Shown one piece after another: positions 1 through 8,010 of a stretch of DNA of 14,620 nucleotides; within the stretch, counting starts at the first letter, position 1; each line of letters begins with the position of its first letter. The translations under genes were made by a program, and so were the position numbers. The notes beneath the pieces were generated by a model. That model was not told where the DNA came from and did not search any database. It saw nothing but the letters and a program-made list of their open reading frames with translations. The stretch covers positions 1-14,620 of the forward strand of contig JBBISH010000142.1 of the NCBI GenBank assembly GCA_037441385.1, written 5' to 3'. This DNA is from Myxococcales bacterium. GTDB taxonomy: Bacteria; Myxococcota_A; UBA9042.

Positions 1-51
1 CGTCCAAATCGGCTCGAAAACTTCGGCAATTCTTCGGGCCCGAACCGGGGT

Positions 52-117
52 CCCCGCCTGATTCTCGCCGGTTGCAGACCGGGTCAGAGGAACCGTACAG
101 GCGTGAATCAGACGGGG
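52..117. repeat. Intergenic imperfect inverted repeat / hairpin (18-bp arms, 30-nt loop)
   Basis: CCCCGCCTGATTCTCGCC (52-69) matches the reverse complement of GGCGTGAATCAGACGGGG (100-117) at 16/18 positions. It lies downstream of the minus-strand endopeptidase gene. Confidence 0.6.
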
Positions 118-213
118 TTCGTATCAGTGGGTCGCAAGCGGGCCCCAAGATGCCCAGCACAGCCGCGACCCGCCGCGACGTTTGGCCGCAGGTTCGGGTT
201 TCTGATCGGTGCT

Positions 214-1662
214 CTACCGCATGACCGCAAACCCACGCTCACGCGGCCGGCGCGGACGCTCGGGCCGGTCGCTAGTCCGCGACTCGTCGGCCGGCCCACC
301 CAGCATCTCGATGCGAATGCCAGCCATCTTCTGCCGCGCGTCCTCGCTCAACACGCAGGCCTCGTCGCCGCAGCTCAGGCGAATGTGAGTGTGGTCGTCG
401 TGCCCGTCTAGGTGGCGAATCGGCGTCTCTTGGCTGCGCTCTTGCGGGCGCGGGTACTGCAGCACCTTGAAAAGCGACTCTTGCGACTCGCCGGCGCGCA
501 GCGCGGCCTGGTAGAGCGCGGGCTGCAAGCTATAGTGCACAAAGGCGTATTGCAGGCGACCGGTGGCCAGCATCGCCTTGAGAAACTGCCAAGTGCGGTC
601 CGCGTCCAGAGTATCGGGCCGGGCATCCGCCAACACCCTGGGCTCCACGGCGCCGCGCAGATAGTAGCCCACGTCCACATCCAGACCGCCGCGATGGCTT
701 TTGTGCGGGGGCAGACAACCGCCGCCCTCTTTGGACAGGTCACCGATCATGACCGTCGCCATTTGCGGACTTTGCAGCTGCACGGTGGCCGAGGCGCGTT
801 GCAGGGCCTCGACCAGCAGTGGCTTGCCCCAGGCGTTCTGCGGGCGGCGCAGCCGAAAAGTGTCGCCGTTCAGGGGCATCTGCACGCCGCCCACCAAGAC
901 GACCCCGTCGTGCGGCGACTTGGCGACCAGATAGCGCTTGCCGGGCTTCAGCTTGACCTTGCCCTCGCCCAGGTCGTTGAGCTTGCGGACGGCCGCCTCG
1001 CTGACCCCATAGCGCTTCGCAAACTTGGCCACCGACTCTTTCTTGCGCGGGCGACCGTACTTGCGACCGCAAGGATCGGCCTCAGCCTTGCTGCCTTTGC
1101 TGACCAGCGCTTTGCACTCCTTCAGTTTCTTGTTCTTCTTGTCGCTGCACTTCTTGTCCAGGGCCAAAGCGTCGGCCTCGGCCTGGCGCTCTTGCTCGTC
1201 GCGGGCGAATTTTTTGCACTTCGCAGTGCGGGCCGCCTTCTTGCTCTGGCAAGCCTCTTTCAGCTCGGCCCGTTCGCGCTCGAGCTTCTTCTTTTCTTTG
1301 GCGGTCAAGGGTTTGGGGTCCGAGTCGCCGTCTTTGTCGCGCTTGTCTGGCTTGGCTGCCTTGTCGCGCTTGTCGCTGGCGCTGCCCTTGCCGGCCGACT
1401 TGCCCACGGCCTGGCTGCCCGGCTTGGACTTCTGGGATTTCTCGGACTTATCCGGCTTGGCGCCCTTGTCGCTGTGCCCACCCTTCTTACCCGGCTCGTC
1501 CTTGGCCTTCTTGGGTTTGGCCGGACTGTGCCCACTGGGACGGGCCGCCGCCAGCGACGGGGTCCACAGCCAGCAGCACAAGACGAGCAAAATGCCCAGC
1601 CAAGTCGGCGGCTTGGGGGCTGCCGCCCGCGGCGCTGGCTTCTCGACTGGCTTGGATGGCAT
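214..1662 (-). CDS. Secreted LysM-domain penicillin-insensitive murein endopeptidase (MepA/M74-like) with Lys-rich N-terminal extension
   Basis: ATG at 1662 (482 aa); the longer track ORF overlaps the upstream gene. Hydrophobic signal segment WLGILLVLCCWLWTPSLAAA. LysM-like ESVAKFAKRYGVSEAAVRKLNDL...LKPGKRYLV. MepA-type motifs IGDLS..GGG...PHKSHRGGLDVD and GHDDHTHIR (LAS-type Zn ligands). Confidence 0.85.
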   Translation of the reverse strand: MPSKPVEKPAPRAAAPKPPTWLGILLVLCCWLWTPSLAAARPSGHSPAKPKKAKDEPGKKGGHSDKGAKPDKSEKSQKSKPGSQAVGKSAGKGSASDKRDKAAKPDKRDKDGDSDPKPLTAKEKKKLERERAELKEACQSKKAARTAKCKKFARDEQERQAEADALALDKKCSDKKNKKLKECKALVSKGSKAEADPCGRKYGRPRKKESVAKFAKRYGVSEAAVRKLNDLGEGKVKLKPGKRYLVAKSPHDGVVLVGGVQMPLNGDTFRLRRPQNAWGKPLLVEALQRASATVQLQSPQMATVMIGDLSKEGGGCLPPHKSHRGGLDVDVGYYLRGAVEPRVLADARPDTLDADRTWQFLKAMLATGRLQYAFVHYSLQPALYQAALRAGESQESLFKVLQYPRPQERSQETPIRHLDGHDDHTHIRLSCGDEACVLSEDARQKMAGIRIEMLGGPADESRTSDRPERPRRPRERGFAVMR

Positions 1663-1673
1663 CGCGTGCGGGT

Positions 1674-3674
1674 TCAGGGCAACACGTCGATCTTCAGGTC
1701 GTCGACGAACCAGCCCGCGCCTTCGTTGTTGTACGAGTCCTTGCTGTTGAACAAGAAGCGCAGCTGCACGGTCTTGCCGGCGAGGGCCGAGACGTCGATC
1801 GCCTTGAAGATCCACTGCTTGGCCGGGTCGCCGTTGTCCAGATCCTGTTCAATCGGCGTGGAGGCGAACTGATCGGCCGAAACCTGCACGGTGCGCGTGT
1901 CGTAGCCGTTGTCCAACTCGGTGTCGTGCCAGGACCAGAAGCTGACGCGAATCTTGCCGCTAGCCGGCAGCGGGATGGTCGCCGAGGTGGCGGTGCCCTG
2001 GGCCTGTGCCTTGTCGTCGAAATTGACGCCATTGTTGAAGTTCAACGAGCAGGATGCCGACTTGGCCTGGGGCGGGTTCGGCGTGCCGTCGATCGCCCAG
2101 GCCGACGCGCCAGCCGTAGCCGGCGCCGAGAACGTCCACTTGCCCGTGGAACTGCAGTCAAAGGCGTCGGTGTACGTGGTGGTGCAGCTCCCCCCCTTGC
2201 CGATGCACGCGCCGCTGGTGCAGGCGTCGTTGACCGTGCACAAATCGCCGTCGTCGCAAGGGGCCGCCTCGCCAAACGGCGTGTGGCTGCAGTTCTTGGT
2301 GCCGCTGGCGCCGTCGCACTTGTCGGCGGTGCAAGGGTTGCCGTCGTCGCAGACCGTGGGATCCGCCGCGCCGACGCACTGTCCGCTCGTGCACTCTTCT
2401 TTGCTGGTGCACGGGTTGTCGTCGCTGCACCACGAGCCGTCCGTCTCTTGTTCGTAGGTGCAAGCGCCGGTCTTGCTGTCGCACTTGTCGTAGGTGCAAT
2501 CGTTCTTGTCGTCGCAGGCTTTGCTGTCGCCGTCGCAGTAGCCCCAGTTGCAGCTATCGTTGCTGGTGCAGGCGTCGCCGTCGTCGCAGGGCGTGCCGTC
2601 GGCCAAGTCCTTGCCGCCGCACGTTCCGGTGTCGCAGATGTCGTCGGTGGTGCAGCTCTCGCCGTCGTCGCAGGCTGCGCCATCGGGCTGGGGCTTGCCT
2701 TCGCAGCCGTTCGACGTGCACACATCGCCCACGGTGCAGCTTTCGGCGTCGTCGCAAGCGGTATTGGGCGCCACGTCTTTGTGCAGACAGCCGCCACCGG
2801 GGTCACAGCTATCGATGGTGCACTCGTTCCAATCGTCGCAGGTGGTGGGGCCACCGCCGACGCAGGCACCGGCTTTGCAGCCGTCGCTTTCGGTGCAGGG
2901 GTTGCCGTCGCTGCACAGGTCGCCGTCGTTCGCCGGGCCGGCTGCTTGGCACTTGCCGGCCTTGCACGCGCCCACCTTGCACTCCACGTTGGCGTCGCAA
3001 TCGCTGCCGTCCGAGGCGTTCACGTTGGCGCACGCGCCGGTGGTGCTGTCACAACTATCCGTAGTGCAATCATTTTTGTCGTCGCAATCCTTCTTATTCG
3101 AGTCGCACTGACCCTTCGAGCACACGCCGGGCGAGCACTTGTCGCCGGTCGCGCAATCGGCGTCGGTCTTGCAGGTGCAGGCGTCCACGTAGTCCGCGCA
3201 GCAGTCCCCCATCTCGACACAGTACGAATCGCAGTGGCAGTCGCCGCCCGACTTGTAGTTGCCACAGTTGCCAGCGCACGAGCCAGAGCCGGGATCCACG
3301 TCGGCCGGGCCGGCGTCCTTGCCCGAGGCGTCGCTGCCGGTCGCGTCACTACCGGTCGCGTCACTACCGGTCGCATCGCTGCCTTGGCCGTCTGCCGTTG
3401 TGTCCGCGGGTTGCAGCTCGCCGTCCCCCGCTTTGGCGTCGCTGACCGAGGTATCGCTGCCTTTGGCGTCACTGCCAGCGGCGTCGGTCGCCGCCGTGTC
3501 GCTGACCGCGTCGGAGCCCGCCGCAAGGTCCTGACCGCCCGAGCCGTCGCCCGTCGCGGTGTCGGCGGTGAGGGTCCCGCCGCCGCCCGAGTTGGTGGGC
3601 GCAGAGCAACTGGCTAGGAAACCTGCGCCGACGACAAGAAGGGCGACAGGGCTGGGCAGGCGGATCAGCGACAT
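1674..3674 (-). CDS. Cys-rich surface lipoprotein: Ser/Thr/Asp/Ala linker, somatomedin-B-like domain, about 10-12 CDDxNxCTxDxC repeats, C-terminal beta-sandwich domain
   Basis: ATG at 3674 with GAGG about 6 nt upstream. Lipobox LAS-C. 8-Cys SCAGNC...CHCDSYC...CCADY...C. Repeats such as CDDGNPCTADKC and CDDKNDCTTDSC. C-terminus LRFLFNSKDSYNNEGAGWFVDDLKI is typical of MAM/cleaved-adhesin-like sandwiches. Confidence 0.85.
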   Translation of the reverse strand: MSLIRLPSPVALLVVGAGFLASCSAPTNSGGGGTLTADTATGDGSGGQDLAAGSDAVSDTAATDAAGSDAKGSDTSVSDAKAGDGELQPADTTADGQGSDATGSDATGSDATGSDASGKDAGPADVDPGSGSCAGNCGNYKSGGDCHCDSYCVEMGDCCADYVDACTCKTDADCATGDKCSPGVCSKGQCDSNKKDCDDKNDCTTDSCDSTTGACANVNASDGSDCDANVECKVGACKAGKCQAAGPANDGDLCSDGNPCTESDGCKAGACVGGGPTTCDDWNECTIDSCDPGGGCLHKDVAPNTACDDAESCTVGDVCTSNGCEGKPQPDGAACDDGESCTTDDICDTGTCGGKDLADGTPCDDGDACTSNDSCNWGYCDGDSKACDDKNDCTYDKCDSKTGACTYEQETDGSWCSDDNPCTSKEECTSGQCVGAADPTVCDDGNPCTADKCDGASGTKNCSHTPFGEAAPCDDGDLCTVNDACTSGACIGKGGSCTTTYTDAFDCSSTGKWTFSAPATAGASAWAIDGTPNPPQAKSASCSLNFNNGVNFDDKAQAQGTATSATIPLPASGKIRVSFWSWHDTELDNGYDTRTVQVSADQFASTPIEQDLDNGDPAKQWIFKAIDVSALAGKTVQLRFLFNSKDSYNNEGAGWFVDDLKIDVLP
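3324..3383 (-). repeat. In-frame 15-bp tandem repeat x4 encoding GSDAT-GSDAT-GSDAT-GSDAS
   Basis: Plus-strand units: cgaggcgtcgctgcc, ggtcgcgtcactacc, ggtcgcgtcactacc, ggtcgcatcgctgcc. The two central copies are identical. Confidence 0.85.
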
Positions 3675-3808
3675 AGGTACCTCGGCGACAGCCAAGTCGG
3701 CATGAGAATAGCGGGTGGACCGGCGCGGCGGCCAGACAGGGCCACCCGATCACTTTACCGCCGCCCGCGCACCGTGAGCAAGCGCGACCCCCGGCTTTTG
3801 TGGCGCGG

Positions 3809-3837
3809 TTGTCGGGCGTCCCGCAGCGCGCTATACA
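3809..3837 (+). promoter_or_regulatory. Candidate sigma70 promoter for thrB-thrC
   Basis: TTGTCG (3809-3814) - 17 nt - TATACA (3832-3837), ending 36 nt before the thrB ATG, in a divergent intergenic region. Confidence 0.45.
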
Positions 3838-3873
3838 GCCCGGCGAGCCAGGCGGGCGACTTGGCGGGACGGC

Positions 3874-4845
3874 ATGATGCCTTGGGCAACCCAGGTCTGC
3901 GCAACCGCGCCGGCATCGATCGGCAATGTGGCCGCAGGTTTTGACGTGTTGGGGCTGGCGCTGGAGCCAGAGACTGCTGGCGTGTGGCGTGATCGCGTCA
4001 CGGTGAGCCGGGCCGACCGCGACGAACTGCGCATCACCGGGCGCTTCGCGGGCGCCGTGCCGGCCCGAGCCGCCGACAACCTGTGCATGATCGCGGCCCG
4101 GTTGGCGCGCTCGCAGTTGGGGCTGGCAGACGCAAACCTTTGCGTCGAGCTGGACAAGGGCCTGCCGGCCGGCAGCGGCCTGGGCTCGTCCAGTGCCAGC
4201 GCCGTGGCGGCGGCCGTGGCGGCCTGCGAACTGCTGGATCCCGGTCGGCCGCGAGCAGAGCGCATCGAACAAGTTCTTGCCATTGCTGGACAAACCGAGG
4301 CGCACGCCACCGGCGCGGGCCACTTGGACAACGTGGCACCGTGCTTGCTGGGTGGACTGCAGTTGCTGACGCCACTGGGTCCGCGCGGTTTGCCGTGGCC
4401 GGACGGTCTGAAGCTGGTGGTGGCCAGCCCCGATTTCTCGGTGGCCACGCGCGACGCCCGAGCGGTGTTGCCCAAGCAGATCGACCTGCACACCGCGGTG
4501 GAGCACGGCGGCAACTTGGCTGCGCTGGTCTTGGCCCTGCACCTTGGCGAATTGAGCTTACTGGGTGCGACGTTGCGCGATCTACTTGCCGAGCCGCACC
4601 GCGCCGTATTGGTGCCCGGCTTTGCTGAGGCCAAGGCGGGTGCGCTGGCCGCCGGGGCGCTGGGCTGCAGCTTGTCGGGCGCCGGGCCGGCGATTTTTGC
4701 CGTGTGCCCGGCCGCTGCGGTCGAGGGGGTACGCCAAGCATTGCGCGCCGGGTTCGCCAGCCAAGGCCACGCGGCCGACGTGCAGACCTGCGGCGTGGCC
4801 GCGCGCGGCGCTCTGGACCGCGTCGAGCGGTTCGATCGAGGATAA
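3874..4845 (+). CDS. thrB: Homoserine kinase (GHMP kinase family)
   Basis: PASIGNVAAGFDVLGLAL, GHMP loop KGLPAGSGLGSSSAS, HLDNVAPCLLGG, C-terminal LSGAGP. Directly upstream of thrC. The start could be 3874 or 3877. Confidence 0.93.
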   Translation: MMPWATQVCATAPASIGNVAAGFDVLGLALEPETAGVWRDRVTVSRADRDELRITGRFAGAVPARAADNLCMIAARLARSQLGLADANLCVELDKGLPAGSGLGSSSASAVAAAVAACELLDPGRPRAERIEQVLAIAGQTEAHATGAGHLDNVAPCLLGGLQLLTPLGPRGLPWPDGLKLVVASPDFSVATRDARAVLPKQIDLHTAVEHGGNLAALVLALHLGELSLLGATLRDLLAEPHRAVLVPGFAEAKAGALAAGALGCSLSGAGPAIFAVCPAAAVEGVRQALRAGFASQGHAADVQTCGVAARGALDRVERFDRG

Positions 4846-4847
4846 TC

Positions 4848-6143
4848 ATGCGGTTGCATAGTACTCGCTCGCCGGACGATGTCCGCACCTTTCGCCAGGC
4901 CATGGTAGCCAACTTGGCCGCCGACGGTGGCTTGTATGCCCCGGAGCTGCCGCGCTTTGCCGACTGGGACGCGCTGTTGGCCCTGCCCTGGCCGGACTTG
5001 GCCGTGGAATTGGTGCAGCGGCTGATCGGCGACGAGTTCGAGGCGGCCACGTTGCAAGCGGCTGTGCGCGATGCCTTTTCGTTCCCCGTGCCGTTGCGGC
5101 CGATCGAGCCGGATCGCTGGTGCTTGCAGCTGCACGCGGGCCCCACCCTGGCCTTCAAGGATTTTGGCGCCCGTCTCTTGGCGCGGCTGCTGCGGCAGCA
5201 CGACGGCGATGGGGCGGTGCGGACGATTTTGACGGCCACGAGCGGGGATACCGGTGCCGCCGTCGCCCAGGCGTTCTGGCATGTGCCCGGCATGCGCGCG
5301 GTGGTGCTCTACCCAGCAGGCCGCGTAAGTTCGCAACAAGAAAGGCAGTTCGCGACACTTGGCGGCAACGTACAAGCCTTGGCTGTGGCCGGTTCGTTCG
5401 ATGATTGCCAGGCGCTGGTCAAGGCTTGCTTCGCCGACGCCGAGCTGTCGCTGCGCCACTGCCTGACGTCGGCCAATTCCATCAACATCGCGCGCATTCT
5501 TGCGCAGTTGTGCTACTACCCGCTGGCCGTGGCTCAGCTCCGCCAGCAAGGGGAGACGCGTCCACCGCTGATTTGTGTGCCCAGCGGCAATTTCGGCAAC
5601 CTTTGCGCCGCGTTGTATGCTCAGGCGCTGGGTCTGCCGCTGGCCGGTTTGGCGGCGGCATGCAATGCCAACACAACCGTGCCCGAGTACCTGGACGGTC
5701 GGCCGTATCGGACGCGGCCCAGCGTCGCCACCCTCTCGAACGCCATGGATGTGGGCGCCCCCAGCAATTGGGAGCGGATCGACCATCTGTTGGGTGGGCA
5801 GGCCGGGGCCCAGGCGGCATTGCGGTGGGGTTGGGCCAGCGATGCCGAAACGCGGGCCGAGATCCTGCGCTTGCACCAGCTAGGGCATCTGATGGATCCG
5901 CACGCAGCGGTGGCGTCGGCCGTGCTCGCACGGGTGCAGCGGCCGGGTGAGGTCGGCGTGTTCTTGGCGACCGCGCATCCGGCCAAGTTTCCTGAAGAGC
6001 TGGAAAGACTTACGGGTCGCAAGCTGGTATTGCCGCCCGAATTGGCGCACTTGGCCGACCGGCCGCTGCAGTCCGAGCCGCTGCCGGTGTCGGTCGCGGC
6101 GCTGCGGGCGGTGCTGGACCGCGGCGCGCCCGATTGCCAGTAG
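4848..6143 (+). CDS. thrC: Threonine synthase (PLP-dependent, E. coli-like ~430 aa type)
   Basis: ATG at 4848, 2 nt after the thrB stop, with GAGGA at 4838-4842. Motifs [10 protein letters not shown] (PLP lysine), [38 protein letters not shown]. Confidence 0.95.
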   Translation: MRLHSTRSPDDVRTFRQAMVANLAADGGLYAPELPRFADWDALLALPWPDLAVELVQRLIGDEFEAATLQAAVRDAFSFPVPLRPIEPDRWCLQLHAGPTLAFKDFGARLLARLLRQHDGDGAVRTILTATSGDTGAAVAQAFWHVPGMRAVVLYPAGRVSSQQERQFATLGGNVQALAVAGSFDDCQALVKACFADAELSLRHCLTSANSINIARILAQLCYYPLAVAQLRQQGETRPPLICVPSGNFGNLCAALYAQALGLPLAGLAAACNANTTVPEYLDGRPYRTRPSVATLSNAMDVGAPSNWERIDHLLGGQAGAQAALRWGWASDAETRAEILRLHQLGHLMDPHAAVASAVLARVQRPGEVGVFLATAHPAKFPEELERLTGRKLVLPPELAHLADRPLQSEPLPVSVAALRAVLDRGAPDCQ

Positions 6144-6194
6144 GCGCGGAACCTGCGACAACGCGGCGCGAACCGAGCCCAAGGGGAGGCGACG

Positions 6195-7928
6195 ATGAAC
6201 GGTGGAAGTCTGGTGGCCCGGGTGCTGCAACGGCGGGGCGTCAAGCACCTGTTTACTTTGTGCGGCGGCCATATCTCGCCGATTCTGGTCGAGGCAAAGA
6301 AGCTGGGGATCCGCGTGGTGGATACGCGCCACGAGGTCAACGCGGTGTTTGCCGCCGATGCCGTGGCCCGCATGACGGGCGTGCCCGGTGTGGCGGCGGT
6401 GACGGCGGGGCCGGGCCTGACCAACACCATCACGGCCATCAAGAACGCGCAAATGGCTCAATCGCCGCTGGTTTTGCTGGGCGGCGCCTCGGCCACGGTG
6501 CTCCGCGGGCGCGGCTCGCTGCAAGACATCGACCAAATGGCGCTGATGCGACCCCACGTCAAGTGGATGGGCGCGGCGCGCAAGGTGCGCGACTTGGTGC
6601 CCATGCTCGAGATGGCGTTCGATATCGCCCAAGAGGGCGTGCCGGGGCCGGTTTTTGTCGAGTGCCCGGTCGATCTGCTGTACCCGCCCGAGACGGTGCG
6701 CATGTGGTACGGGGCCAAGTCGGCGGCGGGCAAGGACGCCAGCCTGACCGACCGGGCAATCGAGTTTTACCTGAAATTCCACTCGCAGCGCCTGTTCGCC
6801 GGTCTGGACAGCGCGGTCATCGCCGATCCGCCGCCGCTGCGCCCGGTCGAGGCGTCGTCGAGCCAAGTGGCCGAGGCGGTCAAACGCCTGAGCAGGGCGA
6901 AGCACCCTGTGATTCTGGTGGGTTCGGGCGCGCTGCAGTTGCCGACCGAGGCGGGGTCGATTGCCGCAGCGCTGGAGCGGCTGGGCATTCCGGTCTACCT
7001 GTCGGGCGTGGGACGCGGCCTTTTGGGCGCCGGGCACCCGCTGCAGATGCGGCACGGCCGCAAGAATGCACTGAAGCAAGCCGACGTGGTGATGTTGCTG
7101 GGCGTGCCGGCGGACTTCCGCCTGGACTACGGCAAGCACTTGACGCGGCGCATGTTCGTCATCAGTGCCAACCGCAGCCGCGAAGACCTGGTCCTGAACC
7201 GCAAGCCCGATTTGGCGGTGCATGCCGAGCCGGGCCGGTTCGTGCAGGCGATCGCGGCGCGCTGGTCGGGTGCCGATTATGCGAGCTGGGTGGCCGAGTT
7301 GCGCCAGGGCGATGCCAAGCGCGACGCCGAGATTCTGCTGGAGGCGGCGGCGCCGGCCGACGAATTCTGCAACCCACTCGCCGTGTGCAAGGCCATCGAA
7401 GACGTGCTGCCCGACGACTCGATCTTGGTGGCCGATGGCGGTGATTTCGTGGCGACGGCCTCGTACATCCTGAGGCCGCGGCGGCGGTTGTCGTGGCTGG
7501 ATCCCGGTGTGTTTGGCACGTTGGGCGTGGGCGCGGGCTTTGCCATCGGTGCCCAGTGCGTGCGGCCCGAAGCCCAGACTTGGATTATCTATGGCGACGG
7601 ATCCTTGGGCTATTCGCTCATGGAATTCGACACCTATGTGCGTCACGGCCTGCCAATCATCGCGGTAGTGGGCACCGACGCGTCGTGGATGCAAATCGCG
7701 CGCGAACAAGTGGACGTGCTGGGCGACGCTGTGGGCACCGAACTGCGGCGCACCGACTACCACAAGGCGGCCGAGGGCTTGGGCGGCGTAGGCTTGGAAG
7801 TCCGCGATCCCAGCGAGCTGCCGGACGTCATCGCCAAGGCCCAGGCGGCCAGTCGGGCCGGCAAGGCCGTGCTCATCAACGCCCAGATCGGTCGCACGCA
7901 ATTCCGCAAAGGCTCCATCTCGATCTAG
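6195..7928 (+). CDS. Thiamine-diphosphate-dependent enzyme, acetolactate synthase-like (ILVBL/HACL2-like subgroup)
   Basis: RBS GGAGG upstream. [16 protein letters not shown] catalytic Glu, [30 protein letters not shown], ThDP motif GDG-X24-TD, C-terminus [12 protein letters not shown]. Confidence 0.88.
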   Translation: MNGGSLVARVLQRRGVKHLFTLCGGHISPILVEAKKLGIRVVDTRHEVNAVFAADAVARMTGVPGVAAVTAGPGLTNTITAIKNAQMAQSPLVLLGGASATVLRGRGSLQDIDQMALMRPHVKWMGAARKVRDLVPMLEMAFDIAQEGVPGPVFVECPVDLLYPPETVRMWYGAKSAAGKDASLTDRAIEFYLKFHSQRLFAGLDSAVIADPPPLRPVEASSSQVAEAVKRLSRAKHPVILVGSGALQLPTEAGSIAAALERLGIPVYLSGVGRGLLGAGHPLQMRHGRKNALKQADVVMLLGVPADFRLDYGKHLTRRMFVISANRSREDLVLNRKPDLAVHAEPGRFVQAIAARWSGADYASWVAELRQGDAKRDAEILLEAAAPADEFCNPLAVCKAIEDVLPDDSILVADGGDFVATASYILRPRRRLSWLDPGVFGTLGVGAGFAIGAQCVRPEAQTWIIYGDGSLGYSLMEFDTYVRHGLPIIAVVGTDASWMQIAREQVDVLGDAVGTELRRTDYHKAAEGLGGVGLEVRDPSELPDVIAKAQAASRAGKAVLINAQIGRTQFRKGSISI

Positions 7929-7941
7929 CGGCCTTGGCGTG

Positions 7942-7970
7942 TGGCCAGCGCGGGCGCAAGGGCGTAGACT
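7942..7970 (+). promoter_or_regulatory. Weak candidate sigma70 promoter for the fibre-like gene
   Basis: TGGCCA (7942-7947) - 17 nt - TAGACT (7965-7970), upstream of the ATG at 8011. Confidence 0.25.
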
Positions 7971-8010
7971 GGCCGGACCCGCGGCGAACTGGCGCCGACG
8001 CGAGGCCCAC

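Noticed and set aside
412..3617. Long plus-strand ORFs 412-1872 and 1656-3617
   Set aside because: Antisense shadows of well-supported minus-strand genes, expected in high-GC DNA; no recognisable motifs.
3702..3873. Possible thr attenuator leader peptide
   Set aside because: No short Thr/Ile-rich ORF and no terminator hairpin with a U-tract upstream of thrB.
7593..7679. ThDP motif reads GDG-X24-TD instead of NN/ND, suggesting inactivation
   Set aside because: The usual Mg-ligand position (27 residues after the motif Asp) is still Asp and the other catalytic motifs are intact; no evidence of a pseudo-enzyme.
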